Below are positions 31,225-40,254 of a stretch of 64,000 bases of DNA, one piece after another. How positions within the stretch are numbered: position 1 is the stretch's first letter; the number at the start of each line of letters is the position of its first letter. The stretch is from Verrucomicrobiota bacterium (lineage in GTDB: Bacteria > Chlamydiota > Chlamydiia > Chlamydiales > JAAKFR01), in assembly GCA_018239815.1 (NCBI GenBank), contig JAFEGP010000027.1, positions 17,232-81,231 of the forward strand, in the 5' to 3' direction. The notes beneath the pieces are model-generated. The model had not been told where the DNA came from. It ran no database searches and was given only the letters and a program-made list of their open reading frames with translations. The position numbers and the translations under genes were made by a program.

Positions 31225-32109
31225 ATGAAGAAGTTAATTTTAAGTGTTTTCTTAACTTTTGCAGTAGGGATGGTTTATGCTCTTCCTGTCTCCAACCCCA
31301 TAGAATCTAGCCTTTATAAAAAAGGCATTTGCCGTACTCCATGTCGAGATATTTGCAACCCATGCTTTAAATGGCTTGATGCTTTTGATTTGAGAATAGG
31401 TTTTTATGGAGATTATGTTTTTAACCGTAATCTACAGGCTAATGCTACTGTTGATAATTCCGGTAATTGTGTTGACACTACAACACTTTTTACGAACGCA
31501 GGAACTTTAACGCTGAATATTTGTGATTGGTTAGACGCTTATGCTGTGTTAGGTGAAACATCTATGAATCTGATCACTCACGGAGCTTTATTTCTGACTA
31601 CAGAGGGGGGCTCCATTAATAGTGCCGTGGATGCTGACTTTAACACGGGTTTTTGTTGGAGTGTAGGAGGGCGTGCTACACTTTGGGGATATCGTTGTTT
31701 AGCATTTGGTTTAGAAGCACAGTATTTTCGAGCCTCAACAACACTGAATAGCTTTTCAGATGCAATGGGGTATGCGTATTTTAATTCTAATAATCAAGCT
31801 TCCTATTCAGAATGGCAAGCCGGACTAGGAGCCTCCTACCGTTTTGTGTCGGGATGTCCTGAGGTGAGCATGGTTCCTTATCTTGCTGTTAAGTGGTCTG
31901 GATCACAATTTCATGTTCCTCCTTTAACATTTACAATTCCAGGAATCGGTGCAACCAATACTTATACACTACGTGATCTCAATAATAGTAGATTATGGGG
32001 ATATGCTGTGGGTATGACAGCAACGATCAATAGCTCCTTTGGTGTAACAGCAGAAGGGCGCTGGGCAGATGAATCAGCAGTCTATGTAGGCAGCCAATTA
32101 CGCTTCTAA
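31225..32109 (+). CDS. MOMP-like outer membrane porin, paralog 2 of 4
   Basis: MKKLILSVFLTFAVGMVYA followed by LPVSNPIESSLY, which resembles MOMP LPVGNPAEPSL. It also has CRDICNPCFKWLDAFDLRIGFYGDYVFNRNL and ends QLRF. Confidence 0.88.
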   Translation: MKKLILSVFLTFAVGMVYALPVSNPIESSLYKKGICRTPCRDICNPCFKWLDAFDLRIGFYGDYVFNRNLQANATVDNSGNCVDTTTLFTNAGTLTLNICDWLDAYAVLGETSMNLITHGALFLTTEGGSINSAVDADFNTGFCWSVGGRATLWGYRCLAFGLEAQYFRASTTLNSFSDAMGYAYFNSNNQASYSEWQAGLGASYRFVSGCPEVSMVPYLAVKWSGSQFHVPPLTFTIPGIGATNTYTLRDLNNSRLWGYAVGMTATINSSFGVTAEGRWADESAVYVGSQLRF

Positions 32110-32207
32110 AGCATAGACAGTCTGTGTGAGGTTTTTTGTGAAAAGGACAGATGAAAGTAGCCAAATTTCTTTTTAACCGTTATGAATAGCGTAAAAGAGA
32201 AAATAAG

Positions 32208-33086
32208 ATGAAAAAACTTGCCTTTGTGGGTTTGCTTTGTCTACCAGGCATGCTGGCGTGGGCCCTTCCTATCTCTAATCCTATTGATGCTAGTTTGTAT
32301 ACACATAGCACATGGAGTAGAAGGACATGCCGAGATATTTGCGACCCTGCCTTTTCTTGGTATGATGCCATGGATGTACGTATTGGTTTTTATGGCGACT
32401 ATGTTTTTAATCGTTATTTACAAGTGAATAACTCTACAAATCAGCCAGGAAACTGTGTTGACACGACAACTATTTTTACAAGCGCAGGTACTGTTACAGC
32501 CAATATTTATAATATCATTGATGTCTATGGAGTATTTGGTGCCACACATCTTAACATCAACACAAATGCTAAATTATTTTTAAACTCCGCTCCTATTGCC
32601 GGGGTATCAGTTGTGAATTTAGATTTTCGTCCTAATTTCTCTTGGAGTGCCGGTGGACGCTGGACCGTAGTGAATTGCTCATGTTTTGGTCTAGGTATGG
32701 AGGGACAGTATTTTCGTACAAATGTTCGTCTAAATAGCTCCTATGACGGGGTAAGTATCACGTATTTTAACAACGATAATACAGCCATTTACAGTGAATG
32801 GCAAGCAGGCGTAGGGGCTTCGTGTCGCTTCAATAATTGCTATCCAGGTTTAAGTTTAGTGCCTTATGCGGGTGTTAAATGGGCCGGGGCTAATTTAAGT
32901 TTACCTACCATCACGTATGCAGACATAAACTCTAATACTTTTACGTTGCGTAATTTGCATAGCAGTAAACTTTGGGGTTATGCACTTGGAGTGACTGCTA
33001 CATTAAATAGCATGTTTGGTGTAACAGTAGAGGGACGCTGGGCAGATGAATCAGCTGTCTATGCGGAAAGTCAATTGCGTTTCTAA
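32208..33086 (+). CDS. MOMP-like outer membrane porin, paralog 3 of 4
   Basis: LPISNPIDASLY, CRDICDPAFSWYDAMDVRIGFYGDYVFNRYL, and terminal EGRWADESAVYAESQLRF. Confidence 0.88.
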   Translation: MKKLAFVGLLCLPGMLAWALPISNPIDASLYTHSTWSRRTCRDICDPAFSWYDAMDVRIGFYGDYVFNRYLQVNNSTNQPGNCVDTTTIFTSAGTVTANIYNIIDVYGVFGATHLNINTNAKLFLNSAPIAGVSVVNLDFRPNFSWSAGGRWTVVNCSCFGLGMEGQYFRTNVRLNSSYDGVSITYFNNDNTAIYSEWQAGVGASCRFNNCYPGLSLVPYAGVKWAGANLSLPTITYADINSNTFTLRNLHSSKLWGYALGVTATLNSMFGVTVEGRWADESAVYAESQLRF

Positions 33087-33143
33087 TAAGAGAGAAAAGG
33101 TAAAGTTGCTAGGTGGTTACATGAGTCTAAAAGAGAGAAGATA

Positions 33144-34010
33144 ATGAAGAAACAGCTCTTAACAACTCTTACAGTCTTGTTATCTCAGCAGGCTTATACA
33201 TTGCCTTTAAGTAATCCTATTGAGGCTAGTTTATACACAGAGGGAGTGAGGTGCTTAAATTGCAGAGGTTATGAAGCATATCCTTGCTGGAAAAATGAGT
33301 TTGGTGTTCGTATTGGGTTTTATGGCGATTATGTTTCTAATCGAAATCTGCAGGTGAATGCTTTTTCTAACAACAATGCAAATTGCATTCAAACAACAAC
33401 TCTTTTTACAAATGCAGGAACAATTACATTTAACTTTTGGAATTGGATAGATCTATACGTTTTGATGGGCGCCACTCATCTTAATTTAACTTCAAATTCC
33501 TCTGTCTTTACATTGAATACTACAAATCAAGCCATCACTCAGTTAGATTTTTCTCCCACTTTTGCGTGGGGTGTAGGAGGAAGGGCTACACTTTGGGAAT
33601 GTCATTGTTTTGGAATAGGCGTTGAAGGCCAATATTTTCGTACAAGACCCTATCTTAATAGCTCTACTACAGCACAAAGCATCGTGTACTTCAATAACTT
33701 TGATACACCCGATATCTATTCTGAATGGCAGGTGGGAATAGGGCTTTCTTATCGTTTTGTGACTCGAGATTTATCCACAAGCTTTGTGCCCTATGTGGGT
33801 GCTAAATGGGCAAATGCAGCACTAAGTATGAACAATACAGCCTATGCTCAATCTGGAGCAGGCTTTTATATACCAAATCTAGAAAACGGTAAGGTGTGGG
33901 GTTGTGCAGCTGGTGCAACACTCACGGTTTATAATACTTTTGGCGTAACAGTAGAAGGACGTTGGGCAGATGAGTCTTCTGTATATGCAGAAGGTCAGTT
34001 GCGCTTCTAG
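33144..34010 (+). CDS. MOMP-like outer membrane porin, paralog 4 of 4
   Basis: LPLSNPIEASLY, VRIGFYGDYVSNRNL, and terminal EGRWADESSVYAEGQLRF. Confidence 0.88.
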   Translation: MKKQLLTTLTVLLSQQAYTLPLSNPIEASLYTEGVRCLNCRGYEAYPCWKNEFGVRIGFYGDYVSNRNLQVNAFSNNNANCIQTTTLFTNAGTITFNFWNWIDLYVLMGATHLNLTSNSSVFTLNTTNQAITQLDFSPTFAWGVGGRATLWECHCFGIGVEGQYFRTRPYLNSSTTAQSIVYFNNFDTPDIYSEWQVGIGLSYRFVTRDLSTSFVPYVGAKWANAALSMNNTAYAQSGAGFYIPNLENGKVWGCAAGATLTVYNTFGVTVEGRWADESSVYAEGQLRF

Positions 34011-34125
34011 ATTGTTTTCGTTGATTATCAAATAGTTAGAGATTTGTTTCTAGGAAAGGCTTTTTTCAAAATGATTAAGAGATATTTGGATTAATTTGTT
34101 TAGGATGTCTCTGTAATTAAATGGG

Positions 34126-34154
34126 TTGACAGTTTCTTAAGACGTGCGTATCTT
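34126..34154 (+). promoter_or_regulatory. sigma-70-like promoter candidate with a ~245 nt leader before the exported methyltransferase
   Basis: TTGACA (34126..34131), a 17 nt spacer, then TATCTT (34149..34154). Confidence 0.3.
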
Positions 34155-34398
34155 CCACGTGCATGGTTTTGCTGAGAGAGACTGTACGTTTTATCTACAC
34201 TTGAAACTAGAAATCAATGACACATGCCTTCAGAAAGTACAGTCAGCTCTTAGTGTTTTGTTGCGGCTTGGTGACCAACATCAAAGCACGGCTCTCCATG
34301 CTATGTCCGGGCAGATGGGTACGGATATAGAAAGAAGAAATAGTCCCATCCAAACTATATTTAAATGGAGCAGTGTTATTGCGCACACTGGTAAATAG

Positions 34399-35457
34399 AT
34401 GAAAAAGATGCCATGGATAACAAGTATGCTTTTAATGAGTGCCACACTCATTGCAGCGCCTTCTCATCAAGGGAAAGCAGGGAAAAAACATCAAGAAGAA
34501 GTAGTTCGTCAAGAAGAAGTAGTTCGTCAAGAAGAAGTGGTTCGTCAGCCAGTTAGTATTTCAGTAGGTCAAGATGAACAGCTATTTTTGCTTCCTCATT
34601 TACAGACAGAGAAATCTGATTTAATCGGCCAACATATTTTAGACATTGGTTGTGGAACGGGAGCGTGGGCTCTTTCTTTAGCAACACGAGGTGCTCAGGT
34701 CTCAGCTTTTGATTTTCAAAAAGATAACTTAGAAAAAGCACAAGTAGCGATAGCATTAGCTGGAATAGGAGAAAAAATTTCGTTGGTGGAAGGTAATCCT
34801 TTAGACCTGCCTTATGGAGATAGGCTTTTTGATGGAGCTATTAGTGTGCAAATTGGGCAACAAATTGCAGCAACTGAATATGCATTAACAGATAATGGTT
34901 TTTCTGTGACAGGTCTTGATCGACATATGAAAGAATTAGCTCGCGTCTTAAAGACTGGTGGAGAATTGACGGTTGTGATTCCTGCATCTTACGACATTGT
35001 ATTCACAGACGGGAGTTGTTCTCAAGAAGCTGCTCTAGAGCATATTCATAAAGAATTATCTCAACTTAAAGGATGCGTCGATGCTGAACGTATCAAAGAG
35101 GGATTAGGAAGGTTAAAAGAAGTGAATCGTGCAACCTTTGTTGTGCATCATGATGCTTTAAAACTTGTAACACAAACTTCTGAATTGCGTAGCGGAGATG
35201 TCATTTGGCGTAAAGAAGCAGACCATATACAAAATGGTTTCTACCATACCGAAGAAGAATACCTCATTGCTTTGCATAATGCAGGGTTGCGTTGTATAGA
35301 AGTCAAAAGACCTTGCTTTTTTGGGACTGTAAAATATCAATTTTATCAAAAGGAACATCAAGGTGAGAAAGGATTGGGAGTGGGTTATATAGAAAATAAC
35401 CCTTTTACAATTTTTGTAGCTGTCAAGGGTTCTATATCACATAGCAGAAGAGTTTAG
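34399..35457 (+). CDS. SAM-dependent methyltransferase with signal peptide and a tandem hexapeptide repeat
   Basis: Signal peptide MKKMPWITSMLLMSATLIAAPS, then the repeat QEEVVR x3. The class I SAM motif is ILDIGCGTGAWALSLATRGAQVSAFD. Confidence 0.8.
   Translation: MKKMPWITSMLLMSATLIAAPSHQGKAGKKHQEEVVRQEEVVRQEEVVRQPVSISVGQDEQLFLLPHLQTEKSDLIGQHILDIGCGTGAWALSLATRGAQVSAFDFQKDNLEKAQVAIALAGIGEKISLVEGNPLDLPYGDRLFDGAISVQIGQQIAATEYALTDNGFSVTGLDRHMKELARVLKTGGELTVVIPASYDIVFTDGSCSQEAALEHIHKELSQLKGCVDAERIKEGLGRLKEVNRATFVVHHDALKLVTQTSELRSGDVIWRKEADHIQNGFYHTEEEYLIALHNAGLRCIEVKRPCFFGTVKYQFYQKEHQGEKGLGVGYIENNPFTIFVAVKGSISHSRRV
34492..34545 (+). repeat. perfect-phase 18 bp x3 tandem repeat inside the methyltransferase CDS
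   Basis: CAAGAAGAAGTAGTTCGT occurs three times, with one A>G change in the third copy. It encodes QEEVVR x3. Confidence 0.95.
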
Positions 35458-36945
35458 AACCCAGAGCAAATAGTGCTCTAAGGCTTCTAAAGAAAAAACC
35501 TTACTGCGATAGCCAATATAACCATCGGGCCGAATCACAAAGACAGATTTTGGCCCGTTTTTATAGGCCTTGAAGACATCCTTGCCACCAATAAGATGTA
35601 AATCTATCCAGGGAGAAAAACGTTTAATAAGATGAGAGATATCAGCATTTTGTTCAAAGATCAGAATTTGATGTTTTTGGGAACGAAATAAATCAAACAA
35701 AGAGCGGCCATCTTCTAAGTGTGCGTACGGAGCGCGTGCCCCGGTACGGGGAGCCGACCAAAATAAATTGTCAGATTGTGCATAGCATTTGCAGTAATTG
35801 AGGGCTAGTTGACTGACTTTATAAGAAATTTTCTTAGAGAACATGGGGATAAGATTGAAACAATAGAGAAGGTGACTCAAAAGGTGTCTGACCCAAGAAG
35901 AAGCAATGAAAGCAAGTCCTGTAATTTTTTCTGTGGTGCGAAGTATTTTACAAATGGCGTACATGCGTTCTTTCTCATAGGTATTGAGTATTTGTTTATT
36001 AGACGCTTGCTTGATGACTAGATCGAGTTTCCAAGACAGGTTATAAGCGTCTTGTAGGCTCATGTTCATGCCTTGTCCTCCTATGGGACTGTGAACGTGT
36101 GCAGCATCTCCCATTAAAAAACAGTTATTTTTATGAAAGTGTTCTGCATGGCAGGTTCTAATCCAAAACATAGAAGTCCAGGTTAACTTCTGTAAAGAAC
36201 CGAGCTTAAGTCTTGCACGTTCATAAAAGAGTCGTTCGATAAACTCTAAAGAATAAGAGCTTTTATCACATTGTTCAGAAGCATTTGCTGCAAAAGCAAG
36301 GCGATACATGTTAGGAGGGAAGGGGAAAATTGTAATAGGATCCTTATGACCTAAAAAAACATGGATTTGGTGAGGGGAAAAATGTATGTCGCCCTGTATG
36401 TCTAATAAAACAAATGTGTTAGCAAACCCCTGGCCTAAAAATTTAACACCCATTCCTTCTCTTACGCGGCTTCGTCCTCCATCTGCACCAATGATCCAAT
36501 CAGGCTGAAGAATTTCTTCTGAACCATCAGGCTTGCGTAGATAACAGATGCCATTTTCAAGTTTTGTGAGTTCGGTTTTCCATTCAACTTCTGCACCTAA
36601 AGTTTTTAAATGGTCGTAGAGGATTTGTTCTGAAACAGGCTGAGGTAGAAATAGGATATAGGGATAAGGGGAGGGTAGGTGTTTGAAATCTAGTAAGGTT
36701 TTGTGGTTTTTACCGTAAAAGGCAACTCCTTCTCCTTTGACCCCAGCTGCTAGAAATGGTTCTACTAACCCTGTTTGATCTAAAATTTCTAACGTGCGAG
36801 CATGAATGCCTAAGGCTTTAGTCTCTTGAGATAAGTGTTCTTTGCGGTCAATGAGACGAACGGGATGACCCTTTTTTAGCATTTGGTAGGCAAAAAAAAG
36901 TCCTGTGGGACCGGCTCCTACTATTAAAATCAAAGGTTTTGTCAT
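35437..36945 (-). CDS. FAD-dependent aromatic-ring monooxygenase (PheA/TfdB-like)
   Basis: The dinucleotide fold ILIVGAGPTGLFFAYQM, GADGGRS and GDAAHVHSPIGGQGMN are flavoprotein hydroxylase motifs. There is a C-terminal thioredoxin-like extension. Confidence 0.85.
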   Translation of the reverse strand: MTKPLILIVGAGPTGLFFAYQMLKKGHPVRLIDRKEHLSQETKALGIHARTLEILDQTGLVEPFLAAGVKGEGVAFYGKNHKTLLDFKHLPSPYPYILFLPQPVSEQILYDHLKTLGAEVEWKTELTKLENGICYLRKPDGSEEILQPDWIIGADGGRSRVREGMGVKFLGQGFANTFVLLDIQGDIHFSPHQIHVFLGHKDPITIFPFPPNMYRLAFAANASEQCDKSSYSLEFIERLFYERARLKLGSLQKLTWTSMFWIRTCHAEHFHKNNCFLMGDAAHVHSPIGGQGMNMSLQDAYNLSWKLDLVIKQASNKQILNTYEKERMYAICKILRTTEKITGLAFIASSWVRHLLSHLLYCFNLIPMFSKKISYKVSQLALNYCKCYAQSDNLFWSAPRTGARAPYAHLEDGRSLFDLFRSQKHQILIFEQNADISHLIKRFSPWIDLHLIGGKDVFKAYKNGPKSVFVIRPDGYIGYRSKVFSLEALEHYLLWVLNSSAM

Positions 36946-37014
36946 ATTAAATGATACTTTTATCGTGGTTTAAATTTAATGATTACATTACCTTTAAATA
37001 AAGAGCAACTGATT

Positions 37015-37998
37015 ATGAAAGCAATGTTATTACATAAATTGGGTGAGCCACTTAAGCTTCAAGAAATCGAGCAACCTCAACCCCTAGATCATCAGGTTTT
37101 AATACGGGTTTTGGCTTGTGGAGTATGTCGAACAGATTTGCATATTATTGATGGTGAGATTCCTGCTCCTCATTTACCACTTATTCTAGGACATCAGATT
37201 GTAGGGAGTCTTGTGGCGATTGGGAAAAATGTAACAAGATTTCATCTTGGGCAACGAGTGGGTGTGCCGTGGTTAGGTCATACTTGTAAACGTTGTCATT
37301 ATTGCTATTCACATCATGAAAATCTCTGTGATCAAGCCTTATTTACAGGTTATCACCTTCAGGGGGGGTATGCAGAATATTGTGTTGCAGATGCCGACTA
37401 TATTTTTGCTTTACCTCAACAATATTCAGATTGTGATGTTGCGCCTCTTTTATGTGCAGGGATGATAGGCTATCGCTCTTTAAAGATGACAAAAAGTGCT
37501 CAACGTATAGGTTTTTATGGCTTTGGAGCATCTGCGCATTTGTTATGTCAGCTTGCAACGCATCAAGGCAAGGAAGTTTTTGCGTTTACAAGGCCAGGTG
37601 ACAAGGCAGGGCAGGAGTTTGCGCGTTCTTTAGGAGCTGTGTGGGTAGGGAGTTCTTTGCAACGACCTGCCCAACAGCTGGATGCTGCAATTATCTTTGC
37701 ACCTAGAGGAGAATTAATTCCTCTTGCTCTGGCAGCTGTGCGTAAGGGAGGTATTGTTGTTTCCGCTGGTATTCATATGAGCCAAATTCCAGCTTTTGAT
37801 TATGCGCTATTATGGGGTGAAAGGGTGCTCTGTTCTGTAGCAAATTTAACACGAGAAGACGGGGAAGAGTTTTTATCCTTAGCTTCTCAGTTTCCTATTC
37901 AAGCTCAGGTTACAAGCTATCCTTTACAAGCTGCTAATGAGGCTTTATCGGACCTCAAACAAGGGCATCTGCATGGCTCTGCTGTATTAGTTCCTTAA
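37015..37998 (+). CDS. zinc-dependent alcohol dehydrogenase family protein
   Basis: GVCRTDLHIIDGE, GHQIVG, structural zinc cysteines CKRCHYCYSHHENLC, and the NAD fold GFYGFGASAH. Start at Met13 of the track ORF. Confidence 0.85.
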   Translation: MKAMLLHKLGEPLKLQEIEQPQPLDHQVLIRVLACGVCRTDLHIIDGEIPAPHLPLILGHQIVGSLVAIGKNVTRFHLGQRVGVPWLGHTCKRCHYCYSHHENLCDQALFTGYHLQGGYAEYCVADADYIFALPQQYSDCDVAPLLCAGMIGYRSLKMTKSAQRIGFYGFGASAHLLCQLATHQGKEVFAFTRPGDKAGQEFARSLGAVWVGSSLQRPAQQLDAAIIFAPRGELIPLALAAVRKGGIVVSAGIHMSQIPAFDYALLWGERVLCSVANLTREDGEEFLSLASQFPIQAQVTSYPLQAANEALSDLKQGHLHGSAVLVP

Positions 37999-38085
37999 GA
38001 TGCTTATCGTTTTTGCACAAGATAAGTTAAAAAATAATCTTCTAATTTATAGACAGCTTTAGGTTTGCCATGTCATGATGCCAGC

Positions 38086-38865
38086 ATGGCTTGGATATCC
38101 TTCTTACTTATGTTGTGCGTGCCATTAATGGCGCAAGAACCCTTAAAAGTTGCTGGAAGTTTTGTTACACCTCCTTTAGATTTTACGCGCGGTCGTAAGC
38201 AAGTGGGTATGGAAGTAGATTGGCTTCGAGAAATTGCTAAAAAGCTCGATCGTGATCTTGAGTTTGTTTATGCCCCGCAAAATGGATTAGATGAGTGGAT
38301 AGCAAGCAATCAGTGCGATATCCTGATAGGGGAACTCTCTTCTTTGCAGAATGTAGAGGCAGTTATGATGAGTCAGCCTTTTTTAGAAAGTTCTGTCAGT
38401 ATTTTAGTAGATCAGCGTTTAAGACCTGCTTTGTGTTGTCTAGAGGATCTTAAAACTGCAACGGTTGGGGTTTTAGAGCATAGCTTAGAAGCTGATAGTA
38501 TTCAAAAAATGTATCAGGAAGGAAAGATTGGCAAGGTGGTTGTCTATCCTCTAGAGCGCACACTGGATGCTCTAGCTGATCTTACTACAGCACAAATCGA
38601 TGCTTTTGCACGTTTAAGTGCTGTAGCAGCTTATTTGAAATATGCTGCCTTTAATTTAAAGGTGATTTGTTCTTTGCCTGTTGTGCAACATGGTCTATGT
38701 TTTGCGATACCATCTCAAGAACCCTCTCTTGTTCATCAGGTCAATCAGGCTCAATGCGCTTTGATGCAGGAAGGAATTTATCAAAAAATTATGACAAAAT
38801 GGTTTGCAAGTGAGGAGTTTAATATTGAGCTTGCCAAGGACCAGTCTAATAAGGTAGATCAGTAG
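38086..38865 (+). CDS. periplasmic solute-binding protein (family 3, amino-acid ABC type), orphan
   Basis: Signal peptide MAWISFLLMLCVPLMA, then LKVAGSFVTPPLDF...GMEVDWLREIAKKL, which is typical of SBP_bac_3. No permease or ATPase gene is adjacent. Confidence 0.6.
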   Translation: MAWISFLLMLCVPLMAQEPLKVAGSFVTPPLDFTRGRKQVGMEVDWLREIAKKLDRDLEFVYAPQNGLDEWIASNQCDILIGELSSLQNVEAVMMSQPFLESSVSILVDQRLRPALCCLEDLKTATVGVLEHSLEADSIQKMYQEGKIGKVVVYPLERTLDALADLTTAQIDAFARLSAVAAYLKYAAFNLKVICSLPVVQHGLCFAIPSQEPSLVHQVNQAQCALMQEGIYQKIMTKWFASEEFNIELAKDQSNKVDQ

Positions 38866-38880
38866 TAAAGAGGAGCAGGC

Positions 38881-39531
38881 ATGGGAACTAAAACAACACA
38901 GGAAATTACCATTACATTTGAAGGTGTTCAGCTGACAGGTGTTCTTTCTCTTCCTGAACAGCCCAGGGGACTTGTATTGTTTGCCCATGGTAGTGGAAGT
39001 TCTCATACAAGCCCTCGCAACCAGTTTGTTGCAAGTTTTTTACAAGATGGAAATCTAGGTACATTGCTTTTTGATCTTTTAACTGTGTCAGAAGAAAAGC
39101 AGGATATGATGACCCGTGAGTTACGCTTTAACATCCCTTTTCTTGCACATCGTTTGATGGGTGCTACAGATTGGATTGAAAGACAAACTCAGCTTAAAGG
39201 TTTACCTATTGGTTATTTTGGGGCAAGCACGGGCGCTGCTGCTGCTATTGTTGCAGCGGCAGAGCAACCGCAAAAAACCAGAGCAATCGTATGTCGAGGA
39301 GGGCGTCCTGATTTGGCTGGACAATCGCTTGTTCGCCTTAAGACACCTACTTTGCTTATTGTAGGAGGAGCAGATTACGGGGTTATAGAGCTTAATGAAA
39401 AGGCTTTTTCTGTCATGCAATGTACAAAAAAATTCGAAATAGTCCCAGATGCCACACATTTGTTTGAAGAGCCAGGCGCCCTAGAGCGAGTAGGAACCAT
39501 GGCAAAACTATGGTTTCAAGAATTTCTATGA
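38881..39531 (+). CDS. dienelactone hydrolase-like alpha/beta hydrolase
   Basis: 216 aa with LVLFAHGSGSS, nucleophile elbow YFGASTGAAAA and a C-terminal DATHLF histidine. Confidence 0.7.
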   Translation: MGTKTTQEITITFEGVQLTGVLSLPEQPRGLVLFAHGSGSSHTSPRNQFVASFLQDGNLGTLLFDLLTVSEEKQDMMTRELRFNIPFLAHRLMGATDWIERQTQLKGLPIGYFGASTGAAAAIVAAAEQPQKTRAIVCRGGRPDLAGQSLVRLKTPTLLIVGGADYGVIELNEKAFSVMQCTKKFEIVPDATHLFEEPGALERVGTMAKLWFQEFL

Positions 39532-40199
39532 TGCATTAAAGCAATGACCTCATCATCCGAAACCTGAGAAAAACTCTCATAGTAGCAACCTACAGCCATA
39601 AAGTCTGGATCTTGGATTAGGCAAATAGTAGCGTCAACTTGACTAGCAAGGTGACGCAAGCTCGAAGGAGGTGCTACAGGCACAACCAAGATAATTTGAG
39701 CAGCTTGCTCTTCGCGAGCTGTTTTAATGGCAGCTTCCATGGTTAAACCTGTTGCAATGCCATCATCAACAAGCAAAACACGTTTCCCTTTTAATTGACG
39801 AGCAGGCCGATTTTGTCGATAAAGCTGTAAGCGACGAGCAGCTTCTTTTTGTTGACGATCAATCTGAGGAATCAGATCTTCTTTTTTAAGCTTCAGTTGT
39901 TGTAACGCTTTAGGATTGAGAATGAAATGTCCTTTTTCCGTAACAGCACCTAGGGCATATTCTGGCTGGTAGATGGACGTTACTTTTTTGGGACAAATAA
40001 CATCCAAAGGAAGCCGAAGCTTTTGAGCAAGAATATCTCCTATGACAACGCCTCCTCGAGGTAGAGCAATAACAATAGCCTCTGGATCTTGTTCATATTG
40101 TTTTAGATGGGAAGCAAGTTGAATCCCTGCATCGCAGCGATCTTTAAACTTCATATATGCGGCAGTGTAAGATTCATCCTGTTTTCGGTAAAGAAACAT
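39516..40199 (-). CDS. phosphoribosyltransferase-domain protein
   Basis: PRPP-binding motif VLLVDDGIATGLTMEAA. The family-typical N-terminus MKFKDRCDAG suggests the true start may be Met16 at 40154. Confidence 0.75.
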   Translation of the reverse strand: MFLYRKQDESYTAAYMKFKDRCDAGIQLASHLKQYEQDPEAIVIALPRGGVVIGDILAQKLRLPLDVICPKKVTSIYQPEYALGAVTEKGHFILNPKALQQLKLKKEDLIPQIDRQQKEAARRLQLYRQNRPARQLKGKRVLLVDDGIATGLTMEAAIKTAREEQAAQIILVVPVAPPSSLRHLASQVDATICLIQDPDFMAVGCYYESFSQVSDDEVIALMHHRNS

Positions 40200-40254
40200 C
40201 AGAAAGGCAGAAGTCTTACATGTTCGAGCGGAAGACTAAATAGATTTGCAAAAT

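Noticed and set aside
34172-34226. CTGAGA motif followed by ACTTGAAACTAGAAATCAATGACAC, superficially like the TPP (THI-box) riboswitch core
   Set aside because: The required P4 pairing (CUGG...CCAG) and the ACCC/GGGG helix are absent, and the downstream gene is not thiamine-related.
34144-34398. 84-codon ORF (GTG start) filling the gap between the last porin gene and the methyltransferase
   Set aside because: It has a non-ATG start, no RBS and no recognisable protein features. It begins inside the candidate promoter's spacer/-10 region. I treated it as a non-coding leader.
34492-34545. Tandem 18 bp repeats considered as a possible CRISPR or other array
   Set aside because: There are only three contiguous copies with no spacers, in frame within a CDS, so this is a coding minisatellite. 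No CRISPR-like repeat-spacer structure was seen anywhere in the window.
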